Shown piece by piece: positions 1-10,325 of a stretch of DNA of 64,000 nt. A program made the position numbers and the translations under genes. The stretch comes from Ostreococcus lucimarinus (taxonomy: Eukaryota): the NCBI GenBank assembly GCA_000092065.1, contig CP000583.1. One strand, 5' to 3'. How positions within the stretch are numbered: the stretch's first letter is position 1; every line of letters begins with the position of its first letter. The notes beneath the pieces were generated by a model. The model was not told where the DNA came from. It saw only the letters and a list, made by a program, of their open reading frames with translations, and searched no databases.

Positions 1-4
1 GAAA

Positions 5-400
5 TTGCCCGGGGAAATACTCGTCGGTCGACGACCGTTCGCCGACGCGTCCGCCGACGCGTCCGCCGACGCCGCCAACGATCAATACGGCTTTGACCCG
101 CTCGCCGTCGTTGACCCTCCACGAGCGTACGTCTTCAACGTCTGTGTCGCTCCCGAATTCCGCGGTCGCGGCGTCGCGGAAGCCATGCTGCGCGTCTCCT
201 ACGAATATCTCGCGTCTCGCACGCGCGCCGCAGTCGTCTACATTCACGTCGAGCGCGACAACGTCAGCGCTCGACGCGCGTACGAAAAGGCTCTCTTTTC
301 CATCGAGAGCGAAGAGACGCCCGAGCAGAGCGCGAGCGCCGCGCACGAGCCTCGTATTTTGCTTTATCGAGAAATTCTTCGCGCGTCGCCGGCCTTTTGA
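5..400 (+). CDS. GNAT-family N-acetyltransferase, C-terminal fragment (5' end outside the window)
   Basis: The ORF runs to a stop at 398-400. It carries an acetyl-CoA-binding-like motif (RGRGVAEAML) and an ARRAYEKALF segment typical of the GNAT fold. No start is visible in the window. Confidence 0.5.
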   Translation: MPGEILVGRRPFADASADASADAANDQYGFDPLAVVDPPRAYVFNVCVAPEFRGRGVAEAMLRVSYEYLASRTRAAVVYIHVERDNVSARRAYEKALFSIESEETPEQSASAAHEPRILLYREILRASPAF

Positions 401-502
401 ACTTTCAACAAAGATCAGTTGTACAGTAATCAACCGTCTTCAGTACGGGCCTCGCCCCGTCGCCAACGTCAACGCGCGCGCGGTCATCAACAAGAACACG
501 CG

Positions 503-1948
503 ATGGCGTCGATCGTGCTCGCCGGCGGTGCCGCCGCGGCGTTCTTCCGCCAGAAATCCGCGACGAAATCGCAGCTTCAAAAGACAACGGTCGAGAATGA
601 GTCACAGCTTCAAAGCGTCCATCGCGCGCGTATCGACGCCGAATGCGAGCTGGCGCTCATGCACGCCGATCACGAAGACGCGCTTGAACGACTGCGCGAA
701 AGCGAGGCGCGAAACGCGGCGTTGGAGGCGACGATGAAAGAAATGGAGGAACAGCGGGAGGAGACGGCGTCAAAGGTGAGGGCGGAAAAGGAACAGACGA
801 CGAAACTTCGGTTCTCGTTGACTGTGGCGAATGGCAGGATCGATAAAATGCGCAAAGAAATCGATGCGCTCAAGGCGCAGGTAAGCGAGGAGGGGAAACT
901 GTCGGAGGAGAACAAGAGATGGAAAGAACGGGCCAACGACGCGTCGAAAAATTTGGAGACGACGAGGGGACGCGTGCGAGAATTGACGGAGAAGAATGGG
1001 GAGTTGGTGAAGGAAAAGTCTAGGCTTGAGCACGAGCTCGAGGATGCTAAGGCAGCAGAAGCAAAACTGGAGACGGCGCGTGCGCGAAACGTGCAGTTGA
1101 CCGATGAATTAGACGCGAAAAACCAAGAGTTGGCGGCGTCGACGCACGCTTTGCAAGATGCAGAGGTCAATTTTCGACACTCTGAGAGTCAAAATGTGCA
1201 ACTTGGGATCGAGGTAGAAGAATTGCGGGAACAAGTCGTCGCACTACGCGCTCAGGAGATTGAGTTACAAGCCGAGTTGAAAGAAATGCTCGAAACATTG
1301 AATATGGTGACGTCGAACGAGCACGAGGGCGAATTCGAGCGTGACGCCGAAATCGAGCGCATGATGGAAAAGTTGAGCACCCCATTGTCCGAACGTCAGG
1401 GATCTAGTATGGCGAGTGGTGATATGCAGGATGTCAGCCATAGAATGGCCGTCCTGATGGCTCGTGTGGAGGAGTGCAAGACGCCGATGGGGATTTCGAA
1501 AGCGATAGCGGAGTTGGATGAGCTTCAAGTCAAGCTCAGAGATCTTCAGGGCGACGAAGACGACGATATCACTCCGCCTGACGTGAACTCACCGGACGCT
1601 TGGCCCATCTCGCCTCCGTCACCGGTGACGACGTCTAAGAATATATCCGATGATGTTAACATCGGTGAGATTACGCCGCAACGAAGCTTGAACTTTGGCG
1701 ACACGTCGCCGCCGCCGAAAGGCGCCGCGAAGGATGGCATGTGCGCCAAGTGTGGTATCATCCCCATCGCCGATGGATGCGACGGTCGATGCGCGCTCTG
1801 CCATGCGAAAAAGCAGCAAAAGCTCGCGGCTTCGCCGTTACAGCGTGGACTTGCAAGTTTCAAGGACGTCTTTTCGCCATCGAAAGAGAAGAAGGAGGCA
1901 CGATCGGCCAAAAAGTCGAACAAGAAGAAAGGGAACAAGAAAAAGTAA
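503..1948 (+). CDS. Coiled-coil protein with a C-terminal Cys cluster (CAKCG...CDGRCALC, zinc-ribbon-like)
   Basis: ATG at 503 (MASIVLAGG...). Long E/K/L/A-rich heptad-like region. Amino-acid composition is protein-like, unlike the overlapping frames. Confidence 0.5.
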   Translation: MASIVLAGGAAAAFFRQKSATKSQLQKTTVENESQLQSVHRARIDAECELALMHADHEDALERLRESEARNAALEATMKEMEEQREETASKVRAEKEQTTKLRFSLTVANGRIDKMRKEIDALKAQVSEEGKLSEENKRWKERANDASKNLETTRGRVRELTEKNGELVKEKSRLEHELEDAKAAEAKLETARARNVQLTDELDAKNQELAASTHALQDAEVNFRHSESQNVQLGIEVEELREQVVALRAQEIELQAELKEMLETLNMVTSNEHEGEFERDAEIERMMEKLSTPLSERQGSSMASGDMQDVSHRMAVLMARVEECKTPMGISKAIAELDELQVKLRDLQGDEDDDITPPDVNSPDAWPISPPSPVTTSKNISDDVNIGEITPQRSLNFGDTSPPPKGAAKDGMCAKCGIIPIADGCDGRCALCHAKKQQKLAASPLQRGLASFKDVFSPSKEKKEARSAKKSNKKKGNKKK

Positions 1949-1977
1949 TTCGCCTATTACACATGTATGACAACGGT

Positions 1978-3483
1978 TTACATCCTTGCCTTGGTAAATA
2001 TCCCTTTCCCGTCGAACACTATCGTCGTCGCGCGTCTTCGGTCTTGCGCTATCCGCACTACTTCCATCGCGGCGATGTGTGCGGCGACGCATGCCGTCGG
2101 CGCATCCATCCATCCCGAGAACGACGCACGCGTGAAGGACGAGTCCGTGCCTAAACTAACATCCACAACACACGACCCCACGCTCGTACTCGTAATTTCA
2201 ATCACCGGCGATTTTGCCTCTCTCGCGATGGCGACGACTTCGTCGGCGGTGGCGCACGCGCTCGTGCGAACCACGACGTGGTATTTGTACGTTTCTAAAT
2301 CGTCTAAATCGCACAAATCGTCCACTTCGCAATCGTGCCGAACAAATACTTTTGATCCACTCGCCCCGTATACGTCGACGTTACCGACGCCGACGGCGGC
2401 AAGCGCGCAGACGCACGCGTCGTTGGCGAGCGAATCCGTGCCGCACACAAGGACGTACATCTCTCTCAGCTTAGCCAACGCGTCGTAGCCGAAAAGTCTC
2501 GCGTGCGTATCGAAACCCTCGCGATCTTCATCACCGTCTTGCGCGTCGTCGGCATCCATATCGTCCCCGCTCGGAAGAACCTCGTATTCGGACGCGTTTG
2601 GCACGGGCGCCGAGTCCGGGCGATCGGGCTTGTACAACGCCAACGCCTCCACGTGCGTCCACTGATCGCACTCGCGCGCCACTGCGACGGCTTCACTCGC
2701 GTCCAAATAACTCAATATCTTACTCGCCACGACCGCGGCGACGACGCCACACATAGACGCCGTCTCCGGCGCCTCGTCGTCGTCGCCGTTTCCCGGTAAT
2801 CCTTTCCTCGCGTCCGCGCCCGTGATCCCCAACAACGGCCGCGTCTCGGGATGCGCGCGCAAAAACTCCCAGTGCAATCCCGCCTGCAGTTCATCTCGCG
2901 CCTTCGCGTCCGCGTCCACGCCCGCGCTCGACGCCGACAGCGTCTCCGCTAATCTCGCCGTGGCGCTCGGTCGCAGCGCCTCGTACAGCGTCTTCGATCC
3001 CGCGCCGCCGTCGTCCACGAACACGCACCCCGTCGTCGCCTTCGCGCGCGCGTACGCGAACGCGCACGCGCCACTCCCGAGTCCATCTTCGTCGTCGCGC
3101 GTTCTTTTGCACGCCTCCGCCATCGCGCACGCCTCGCTCAGCGCCCCCGGGCCGCACCGCACCGCGACGCGCGCCCCCGTCGCTCGAATCTTCTCCGCGT
3201 CCAGCGCTTCGCCCTCGCGCGTCGACGCGCGCGCGACCGCTCGACCGCACTGACGGTTGATGGTATCAACGCACGCGTCGACGGCGTCGCGTCCGACGTC
3301 GCCGAGCGTCAGCGCGCCGCCCGCGGCTTCGTAATCTTCGAGCGAGACGCGGCGATGTCGACGCGCGTCGTGCACGATGAGCGTCGGATGCGTCGGCGCG
3401 CGGGCGAGAACCGCGGCGAGGGCGTGCGCGACGCCGCCGGACACGCCGGAGATGAGGATCGCGGGAGGATCGGCGCCGCGCAT
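1978..3483 (-). CDS. Hypothetical protein with a possible Rossmann/E1-like segment (VLVCGTDSLANDACVCALAAVGVGNVDVYG)
   Basis: 501-aa ORF with diverse composition (D/E/Y/K present), unlike the GC-artefact ORFs. No confident family assignment. Confidence 0.4.
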   Translation of the reverse strand: MRGADPPAILISGVSGGVAHALAAVLARAPTHPTLIVHDARRHRRVSLEDYEAAGGALTLGDVGRDAVDACVDTINRQCGRAVARASTREGEALDAEKIRATGARVAVRCGPGALSEACAMAEACKRTRDDEDGLGSGACAFAYARAKATTGCVFVDDGGAGSKTLYEALRPSATARLAETLSASSAGVDADAKARDELQAGLHWEFLRAHPETRPLLGITGADARKGLPGNGDDDEAPETASMCGVVAAVVASKILSYLDASEAVAVARECDQWTHVEALALYKPDRPDSAPVPNASEYEVLPSGDDMDADDAQDGDEDREGFDTHARLFGYDALAKLREMYVLVCGTDSLANDACVCALAAVGVGNVDVYGASGSKVFVRHDCEVDDLCDLDDLETYKYHVVVRTSACATADEVVAIAREAKSPVIEITSTSVGSCVVDVSLGTDSSFTRASFSGWMDAPTACVAAHIAAMEVVRIAQDRRRATTIVFDGKGIFTKARM

Positions 3484-3621
3484 GATCGCGGCGGAGTGGG
3501 GACGGGCGCGCGGACGCCGCGGGGCGTCGGTTCGTCGACGCGCGACGCGTAATCGTACCGGACGTCGTGAAACGGACGGCGTGAGACCGCAGCGCGGGTG
3601 CTATGATGAAGGTAATACATA

Positions 3622-5235
3622 TTAATCTTGTTCGAGCGCGGCGAGGCGCCCGAGGAGCTTGGCGTTTTCGAGGGAGAGGGCGTCTTTTTGCGCCTCGCAC
3701 TCGACGATTTCGTTTTGCAGCGCCGCGCACTCGGCGACGATGGTGTCTTTGACGGCCATCATTTCGCGCCCGATTGCGGCCAATTTTTCAAGGTTTCGAA
3801 TCTTTGCTTCTTGTTTGGATAAGGTGGCTTCAAAGTCCGCCTTCATCGCTTCCACGTCCTCGATGGGTGCGCCGACGGAGTTTAACAGCGTTTCCTCGAC
3901 GACGCCTTCGAGCGCGGAGATTTTAGCCTCCAAAGCGACGCGTTCTTGTGAGTGCGATTCGATCGCCGAGCGAAGCGCTTCGTCCCCCGCTAACTCCGCG
4001 CTTCGCACCGCTTCTGCGAGTTCGTCGACTCGGGATTCCAACTCTTCGACGGCGGCGGCGGCGGTTCGCGCCTCATCGCGCGCTCGCTCGAGATCGTCCC
4101 GCAACGTCTGCACGACGCTTTCACTGGAATCGAGCGTTGACTGTGCTTCACGATATGAGGCTTCGAGACGCTCGATTTGCGCGGTCGAAGCCGTCGCATT
4201 TTGCTCGTACTCTTGGCGCTCAGACTTTCGCCGTTGGGCTTCGTCGGAGAGACGGCTCTCCAACTCATCGCGAGCCGACTCTAGCGATGCGATGCGCTCG
4301 AGAAGTTCTACACCTCGATTGACTTCTATGCTGTGCGCGGATTGCGCGTGCGTCAACTTCTCTTCCACCTCGCGAAGTTGTTCGGCCATCTTTTGCTCCT
4401 TCTCCGCGAGCGCGCCCTCAAGTCCCGCCCTGACGCGTCCGAGCTCGTTCGCTTCGGCTCGCGCCTCCTCGAGCGCTACGTTCGATTGGTCCACGGCATC
4501 GACTGCAAGACTCAAGCGTGACTCTATGTCGCTCATCGCCTCAATCGTCTCCTTTTCGAATTCCTCCAGCGTGAGCTCGAGTAAAGTGGCTCGGCGTTCG
4601 GCGGCGGCGCGAGCCGAATCGCCCGATCCGCTCGCGCTCAGAGCTCCTATGCGTTCAGCTGCGCGCAATCGCTCACGCATTTCGCTTTCTAACGCCTCAA
4701 GTCGCGCCTCCTCCTTCTCCGTCGCGCGCTGTAATTCCTCTTCAAGCTCTCTATTCTTCGCCTCACTCTCCTCGAGCATGTGTTGCATCGCGTCCGTCAC
4801 CGCCTGCGCCGTGTCCCGCTCGCGATCGATTCCAGCCTCCTTCGCCGTCTCCAACTCACGCTCGAACGCCGCGCGCATCGCAATCATCTCATGCGCGTGT
4901 GCGTCCTCCATTTCCGTCACCGCGCTCGCATCGCCCGACCTCGACGCCCACCCCTCCTCGAGCGCCGTCAACTCCTCGCGCAGGTGCGCGTTTTCGTTGT
5001 GCGCGTCCCGCAGCTCTTCCCGCAGCCGCGCCACGATCGTCGCGTTCGGCGCCGCGCCGCCGTTCGCGTCGACGTCGTCGGGCGACACGCCGCTGTCTCC
5101 GCGCACGACCGCGCGCGCCGTCGTCGTCGTCGTCGTCGCGCGTCGGGACCGCCTTATCCGCATCGCGCGCGCGCGCGCGTCGTCGCGTTCGCGGCGCGCC
5201 GTCGCGCTCGGCGCGACGGCGAGCGCGCGCGACAT
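3622..5235 (-). CDS. Long coiled-coil protein (A/E/R/L-rich, SMC/myosin-tail-like heptads)
   Basis: 537-aa ORF with charged-heptad composition (ELEEELQRATEKEEARLEALESEM...). The overlapping plus-strand ORF 3659..5305 is S/A/R junk. Confidence 0.5.
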   Translation of the reverse strand: MSRALAVAPSATARRERDDARARAMRIRRSRRATTTTTTARAVVRGDSGVSPDDVDANGGAAPNATIVARLREELRDAHNENAHLREELTALEEGWASRSGDASAVTEMEDAHAHEMIAMRAAFERELETAKEAGIDRERDTAQAVTDAMQHMLEESEAKNRELEEELQRATEKEEARLEALESEMRERLRAAERIGALSASGSGDSARAAAERRATLLELTLEEFEKETIEAMSDIESRLSLAVDAVDQSNVALEEARAEANELGRVRAGLEGALAEKEQKMAEQLREVEEKLTHAQSAHSIEVNRGVELLERIASLESARDELESRLSDEAQRRKSERQEYEQNATASTAQIERLEASYREAQSTLDSSESVVQTLRDDLERARDEARTAAAAVEELESRVDELAEAVRSAELAGDEALRSAIESHSQERVALEAKISALEGVVEETLLNSVGAPIEDVEAMKADFEATLSKQEAKIRNLEKLAAIGREMMAVKDTIVAECAALQNEIVECEAQKDALSLENAKLLGRLAALEQD

Positions 5236-5301
5236 CGTCGTCGTCGTCCTCGCGCGCGGACGCGCCGTCCCGCGCGCGTTGCGCGGCGAAGTGTCGTCAC
5301 A

Positions 5302-6252
5302 ATGACGCGCTTCGCGGCGGTCGAGCTCGCGCGCGGCGCGCGTTTCCGCGTCGCGTCTCGCGAGCGCGGCGCGCGACTCCGCCGTCGCGCGACGCCGACG
5401 CGCCTGACGCCGTTCCCGCGCGACTACGCCGAGCTCGAGCGACAGGCGCGCGAGAGCGTGAAACGATGCGCGAAAGATGGCGTCGAGCTCGTCGAGCTTC
5501 AGTTTCCACCCGGTGGATTGGAACTCGCGAGCGGGGATTTAGAGGGAAACGTCGAGTGTAATCTCACCACCGAGCGGCTGAGAGGGATATGCGATGCGTT
5601 CGTGGCGAACGGGACGGCGAGCACGACGCGCGTGCTGTTTCCGGATCCCACGGAGATGCGGTTGGCGACGACGGGGGCGAACGCGGCGCCGGACGGGATT
5701 CGAGCGCCGGAACAGAGCGACACGCGCGGGTGGTTCGCGGATTGGAAAGGAACGCTAGATTACGTGGATGATCCTAGTTTCATGTCGGTGAGTGGATTCG
5801 ATAAGATATTCGGTGGGAAGAAGAATATTTCAGAGCGGATGAGAGGAGACGAGACGGCGTACGTCGTCGCGTATCCGAGCGCAAATATTTCCGAGTTGGC
5901 GAATACGCGAGATTTGTACGAAGGGTGCGTGCGAGGAACGGGAAAGTCGCTCGTGGTGTGTAACGGCGAGTTGGAACGCACGCGGTCGAATTATTATCCG
6001 CCGTTTTGGAACGCCGGGGAGATGGGACCGTTGCGATCGTTTTGTCGAAAATTTGAAGGCGCGTACGTAATCTATAATTTCAAGGGATCCAATCCCGCCG
6101 TGCTGTTTCGCGTGTACCCGGAGCCGTGGCAGGTATTTCGTCGACGCAAGGGCGGCCGCGACGGGTTGGAGACGCTCGAGCGTGTGTGCACGTTTGAGAA
6201 GTTTGAATCCGTGAAATCCGTGGCGCTGGACGTCTTGCCGCGATACCCGTGA
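5302..6252 (+). CDS. Hypothetical protein (possibly organellar)
   Basis: ATG at 5302 (MTRFAAVELARG...), divergent from the coiled-coil gene that starts at 5235. The downstream 300 aa have normal composition (W/Y/F/N/K present). The upstream part of the ORF-track entry is an R-rich artefact. Confidence 0.5.
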   Translation: MTRFAAVELARGARFRVASRERGARLRRRATPTRLTPFPRDYAELERQARESVKRCAKDGVELVELQFPPGGLELASGDLEGNVECNLTTERLRGICDAFVANGTASTTRVLFPDPTEMRLATTGANAAPDGIRAPEQSDTRGWFADWKGTLDYVDDPSFMSVSGFDKIFGGKKNISERMRGDETAYVVAYPSANISELANTRDLYEGCVRGTGKSLVVCNGELERTRSNYYPPFWNAGEMGPLRSFCRKFEGAYVIYNFKGSNPAVLFRVYPEPWQVFRRRKGGRDGLETLERVCTFEKFESVKSVALDVLPRYP

Positions 6253-6390
6253 TAGCGCGTTGTAGTCTTACTGTCTTACTGAAATGATTCGTGAAACCGT
6301 TCGTGTTAGACGTCTCGGCGTCACGGTGCTCGGCGTCACGGTGCTCGTCGTTGTTGTCTATGTAGCTGTGATATCACACGAGGGAGGTGT

Positions 6391-8088
6391 CTAGTGCCTG
6401 TCGATGTCTTCCAAAATCACCTGGGTCGACGGCGCGAGACGACGAAGATATTTGAACACCCAGAATTTAAATAATACGTCCACGGAGACCGGCACGAAGG
6501 CAACGAAGAGCGAAATGAGTTCTTCTTGTTCCTTCACGCCGTAGTGACCGCCAATGCTACGCAAAAGCGTTTGCCACGCGTCGGCGGAGTGATAGCCGAC
6601 GAGGACGTCCGAGGAGAGCAATAAAATGAAAGCTTGTTGCGCGGGCTCGAGGCTAAAGAATGCGTTCTTCGTCCCAGTGACGACGACTTTGGCTTGATCA
6701 GAGTATACGACAACCATGATCAAGAAAGCAGAGATAAAAACCAAGTCTCCGTACCGGTTGCCTCCGACTTGGATGAAGTGATTGATTTCCTCATCCTCCA
6801 GACGTTGCGCCTCGTGTCGAATCTTTTCCTCCTTTTGAATCGACGTGAGCGGTGCCTCACGACCCATAAGGATGTCAAACTCCATGCGTTGTTGGTAACG
6901 GGTAAGCTTACCGAGAATCTCCGCCTCTTGATCGTCGCGCAGCTCTATCGTGGTCCTGTCCTCGCCCGCTAATTTCAGTTCTTGGCTCACGATGGGATCG
7001 ATGATGGTGAACGTGACAACTTTGGAGATCAAGCTCGGAATGACAAAGAAATTGAACATCCACTTCGCGGCTTCGGATTGCGCAAATTCTTTGACGGCTT
7101 CCGCGAACGATTGACTAAAGTTCGTCTCTTCCTGTTGCTCCGCATCGCCCCCTTCGTCGAATTCGTCTTCCCATTCGCCGGAGAAAAACGCGCTTCCCTT
7201 CTTCTTCGCCTCGACTCGCGCTTGCTGAAGAGCTTTGCGTTTTTCTTGCTCTAGTACGCGCTCTCGCTTCTTGCGCCTTCGCTCGAGCTCTTTTGCGATC
7301 CGTTTCGCGCGACGTTGGCGCTCCAGCGTCTCGAGCTCGTCCACATCGATCGCCGTCTGTCCTAGAATGGCGTCGAATAAATCCGGCGTTCTCGCCTTCA
7401 TCCCATCCAGCGCCGTGCCGTCCAAACGCGAGCTATCCCACGACATACTATCGCCCCATTCTCTCATCACCTTGTCCGCGTCCGTGACCTTGATTTTCGA
7501 CGAACTTTCCTCCTTCTTCTTCCGCTTCGTAAACGTCGCCAACGCGCCGCCGACGTCCACCCCCGTCCACTTCTTCGCCATCTTATTCGACCCGTCCTCC
7601 GCCGCCCGCCCGCTCGACGTCCCGCCGCTCGCATCGCTCTCCTCGCGCGCTAACTCGATCGCGTCTTCCCAATTCCGGTCCGACGCGTCCGCGTCCGCGT
7701 CCGCGTTCGCGCCCCCCTCCGCGGCGGCTTCCGCGTCGTCCCTCTGCGCGATCGCCCGCGGCGCCCTCGTCCCCATCCTCGCGCGCCACGACTCCCGTCG
7801 CGCGCGCGTCCCCGGCGTCACTCCATCGGCGTCCGTTCCGCGCCCTCGCGCGTCGCGCCTCCCGCCGCGCGTCGCCGTTCGAAGCGTCGTCGTCGTCGCC
7901 GACGTGGCCGTCCCTACCCGCGGCATCTTTCGCGCCTGTCGCTCGCGCTCGCGCGCGCGCGCGCTCGCGCGCGTCCGGTTCGACGGGCAAAGACGCGTTC
8001 GCGTCGCTCGCGCGGTCGCGGTGCGCGCGTCGCGCCGCGCGCGTCGCGGTGTGCGCGGGCGCGCGCGCGGTCGACGCGGGACGCACAC
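6391..8088 (-). CDS. Hypothetical membrane protein with a K/E-rich coiled-coil middle and a conserved hydrophobic C-terminal region. The N-terminus is uncertain and may start at an internal Met.
   Basis: The C-terminal 300 aa contain several hydrophobic segments (NFFVIPSLISKVVTFTIIDPI, DLVFISAFLIMVVVYSD, LFVAFVPVSVDVLFKFWVFKYLRRL). The N-terminal 150 aa are R/A-rich and may not be translated. Confidence 0.45.
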   Translation of the reverse strand: MCVPRRPRARPRTPRRARRDARTATARATRTRLCPSNRTRASARARERERQARKMPRVGTATSATTTTLRTATRGGRRDARGRGTDADGVTPGTRARRESWRARMGTRAPRAIAQRDDAEAAAEGGANADADADASDRNWEDAIELAREESDASGGTSSGRAAEDGSNKMAKKWTGVDVGGALATFTKRKKKEESSSKIKVTDADKVMREWGDSMSWDSSRLDGTALDGMKARTPDLFDAILGQTAIDVDELETLERQRRAKRIAKELERRRKKRERVLEQEKRKALQQARVEAKKKGSAFFSGEWEDEFDEGGDAEQQEETNFSQSFAEAVKEFAQSEAAKWMFNFFVIPSLISKVVTFTIIDPIVSQELKLAGEDRTTIELRDDQEAEILGKLTRYQQRMEFDILMGREAPLTSIQKEEKIRHEAQRLEDEEINHFIQVGGNRYGDLVFISAFLIMVVVYSDQAKVVVTGTKNAFFSLEPAQQAFILLLSSDVLVGYHSADAWQTLLRSIGGHYGVKEQEELISLFVAFVPVSVDVLFKFWVFKYLRRLAPSTQVILEDIDRH

Positions 8089-8208
8089 CCGCGTGCGGTG
8101 CCAGTGAGAAAACGAGGCGCATTCGCGCGCGCTTTGGTGGCCGCAGAGCGCGCCTCGCGACGCGCGGGACGCTCGAGGGCGCGCGCGCGCGAAGAAAAAA
8201 ATCCCATC

Positions 8209-10250
8209 ATGGTGCGACCGCGCGCCGCGGACGACGCGCGACGTCGCGAAGCGCCGCGCGAGACGCGTCGACTCGAAGACGCGCGCGGACTGACGACGAC
8301 GCGATCGACGCGCGAAATCGCGGTGTAGGTGGTGCTGTCGGCGGCGATCGTCACCAAGGGCGGTAAAGGTGCGTGGAGAAGATAACGATGCGTCGAACGG
8401 GACGCGCGGGGAGGCGCGGATGCGGTCGCGACGCGCGCGAGGGTGGGATTTCGAGACGAGGGCGGAACGGTCGAGATCAAAGCGAAAGAAGCTCGGTGAC
8501 GGAAGACTGACGGTGGTGACGCGCGTGCGATGATGATGTAGCGCTGGTGTCGAGGCAGTACGTGCAGATGACGCGCGTGCGCGTCGAAGGGTTGCTCGCG
8601 GCGTTTCCGAAACTCGTCGGAAGCGGGAAGCAACACACGTACGTGGAGACGGAAAACGTGCGGTACGTGTATCAGCCGCTCGAGTGCGGGACGATGTACT
8701 TGCTGCTGGTGACGACGAAGGGCAGTAATATCTTAGAGGATTTGGACGTGTTGCGGTTGCTGGCGAAGACGCTGCCGGAGTACACGCAAGGGCAGGTGGA
8801 TGAAGAGGGTGTGTCGTTCGCGGCGTTCGATTTGATCTTCGCGTTTGACGAGATCATCTCGCTCGGGTACAAGGAAAACGTAACGATGGCGCAGGTGAAG
8901 ACTTTCACAGAGATGAACTCGCACGAAGAAAAGCTGCACAAGATGATGATCCAGAGTAAGATCAACGACACGAAGGATGTCATGCGTCGCAAGGCTACGG
9001 AGATCGACAAGGTCAAGCACGAGATGCAGCAATCAGCGATGCAACGAAGCGGAGGTTACGGCGGCCCGAGCCGCGGATTCGGGGCGCGAGATTCGTTCGA
9101 TGCGCGCGGTGGTTTTGGTGGGCAAAGTGGCGGTTTCGGTGGCCAGCAGGGAGGTGGTTTTGGTGGGCAAGGCGGGTTCGGCGACGGCTCGAGCGGCAGC
9201 TTCGACGACGGACGCAACGACGAGTTTGGATACCTCGGCCGCGGCGGCGGCGGAAGTGGCTCGTTCGGTGACGACCACCCGACGAGTGGCGGGTTCAGAA
9301 CCAGGTACAGCGATGACGTGGGCGGATACGGTCAACAGAGCTCCCCGGGTATGCCCCAAAAGTCTCTCGCCGGGCCGAAGAAGGGCATGCAACTCGGTGG
9401 CAAGCCGAAGACGAACCAGTTCCTGGAGAGTTTGCGTGCCGAAGGCGAATCTGTGGACGCAGATTTCGGCATCGAACCTTCTCGACCTGAAATGCCCGTT
9501 GCGGCGGCGCCTGCGGCGGCGCCGACGGAGAGCGTGAGTCTGGTTGTGGAAGAAAAACTCAACGTCACCTTGAACCGCAACGGCGGATTGGAGCAAATGG
9601 ATTTGCAAGGCAACATGCTTCTCGAAGTGCGCAACGAAGACGACGCTCTCATTCGTGTCGTGACCAAGGCGGGTGAGAACGCTGGGTTTCAGTTCAAGAC
9701 GCACCCGAACATTGACAAGGCTCTGCACGCAAACGAGAAAATTTTAGGCTTGAAGGACCCCAACCGTCCGTTTCCGTGCGGCTCGGCGCTCGGCGTGTTG
9801 AAGTGGCGATTCTCCACTAAGGATGAATCTGCGCTGCCTCTCAGCATCAACTGCTGGCCGACGATCAACGGCGGAGAAACCGCGGTGAGCATCGAATACG
9901 AGGCGTCGGATGCGATGGATTTACAAAACGTCGTCATTTCCATCCCGTGCCCGCCGTGCCGAGACCCGCCCGCGGTGAACTCGTGCGACGGCGAATTCCG
10001 ATTCGACGCGCGCAACGGCGTCATGGAGTGGAATATCGAGCTCATCGACGACAGCAATCGAAACGGAAGCATGGAATTCGTCATTCCTGTGGCCGACACA
10101 GAAGCGTTCTTCCCCATCGACGTCCACTTTTCTTCCGCGAAGACGTTCTGCGATATCGAAGTCGCGAGCATCTCTCGCACGACGGATGGCGCCCCCGTGA
10201 CGTTTGGCGGTAGAACGATGATGCTCGTGGACTCGTACCAAGTCGTATAG
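8209..10250 (+). CDS. ARCN1: Coatomer (COPI) delta subunit. Proposed exons: 8209..8211 (ATG only), 8329..8368, 8542..10250.
   Basis: The main exon has a longin-like N-domain ([45 protein letters not shown]) and a mu-homology C-domain collinear with metazoan delta-COP. The upstream micro-exon [13 protein letters not shown] plus ATG restores the conserved [15 protein letters not shown] N-terminus. Introns are 8212..8328 and 8369..8541, each GT...AG with an ACTGAC branch motif about 35-40 nt from the 3' splice site. Confidence 0.8.
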
Positions 10251-10325
10251 ACGTGCGTTGTAATTGCATGAATAAATGAAAGAATCGCTACGCAGTATCT
10301 CTATGATTCTATTTGTCTACTGTAC

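Noticed and set aside
3659-5305. 548-aa plus-strand ORF
   Set aside because: It is the antisense of the coiled-coil gene 3622..5235. Composition is extreme S/A/R low complexity, typical of GC3-driven open antisense frames.
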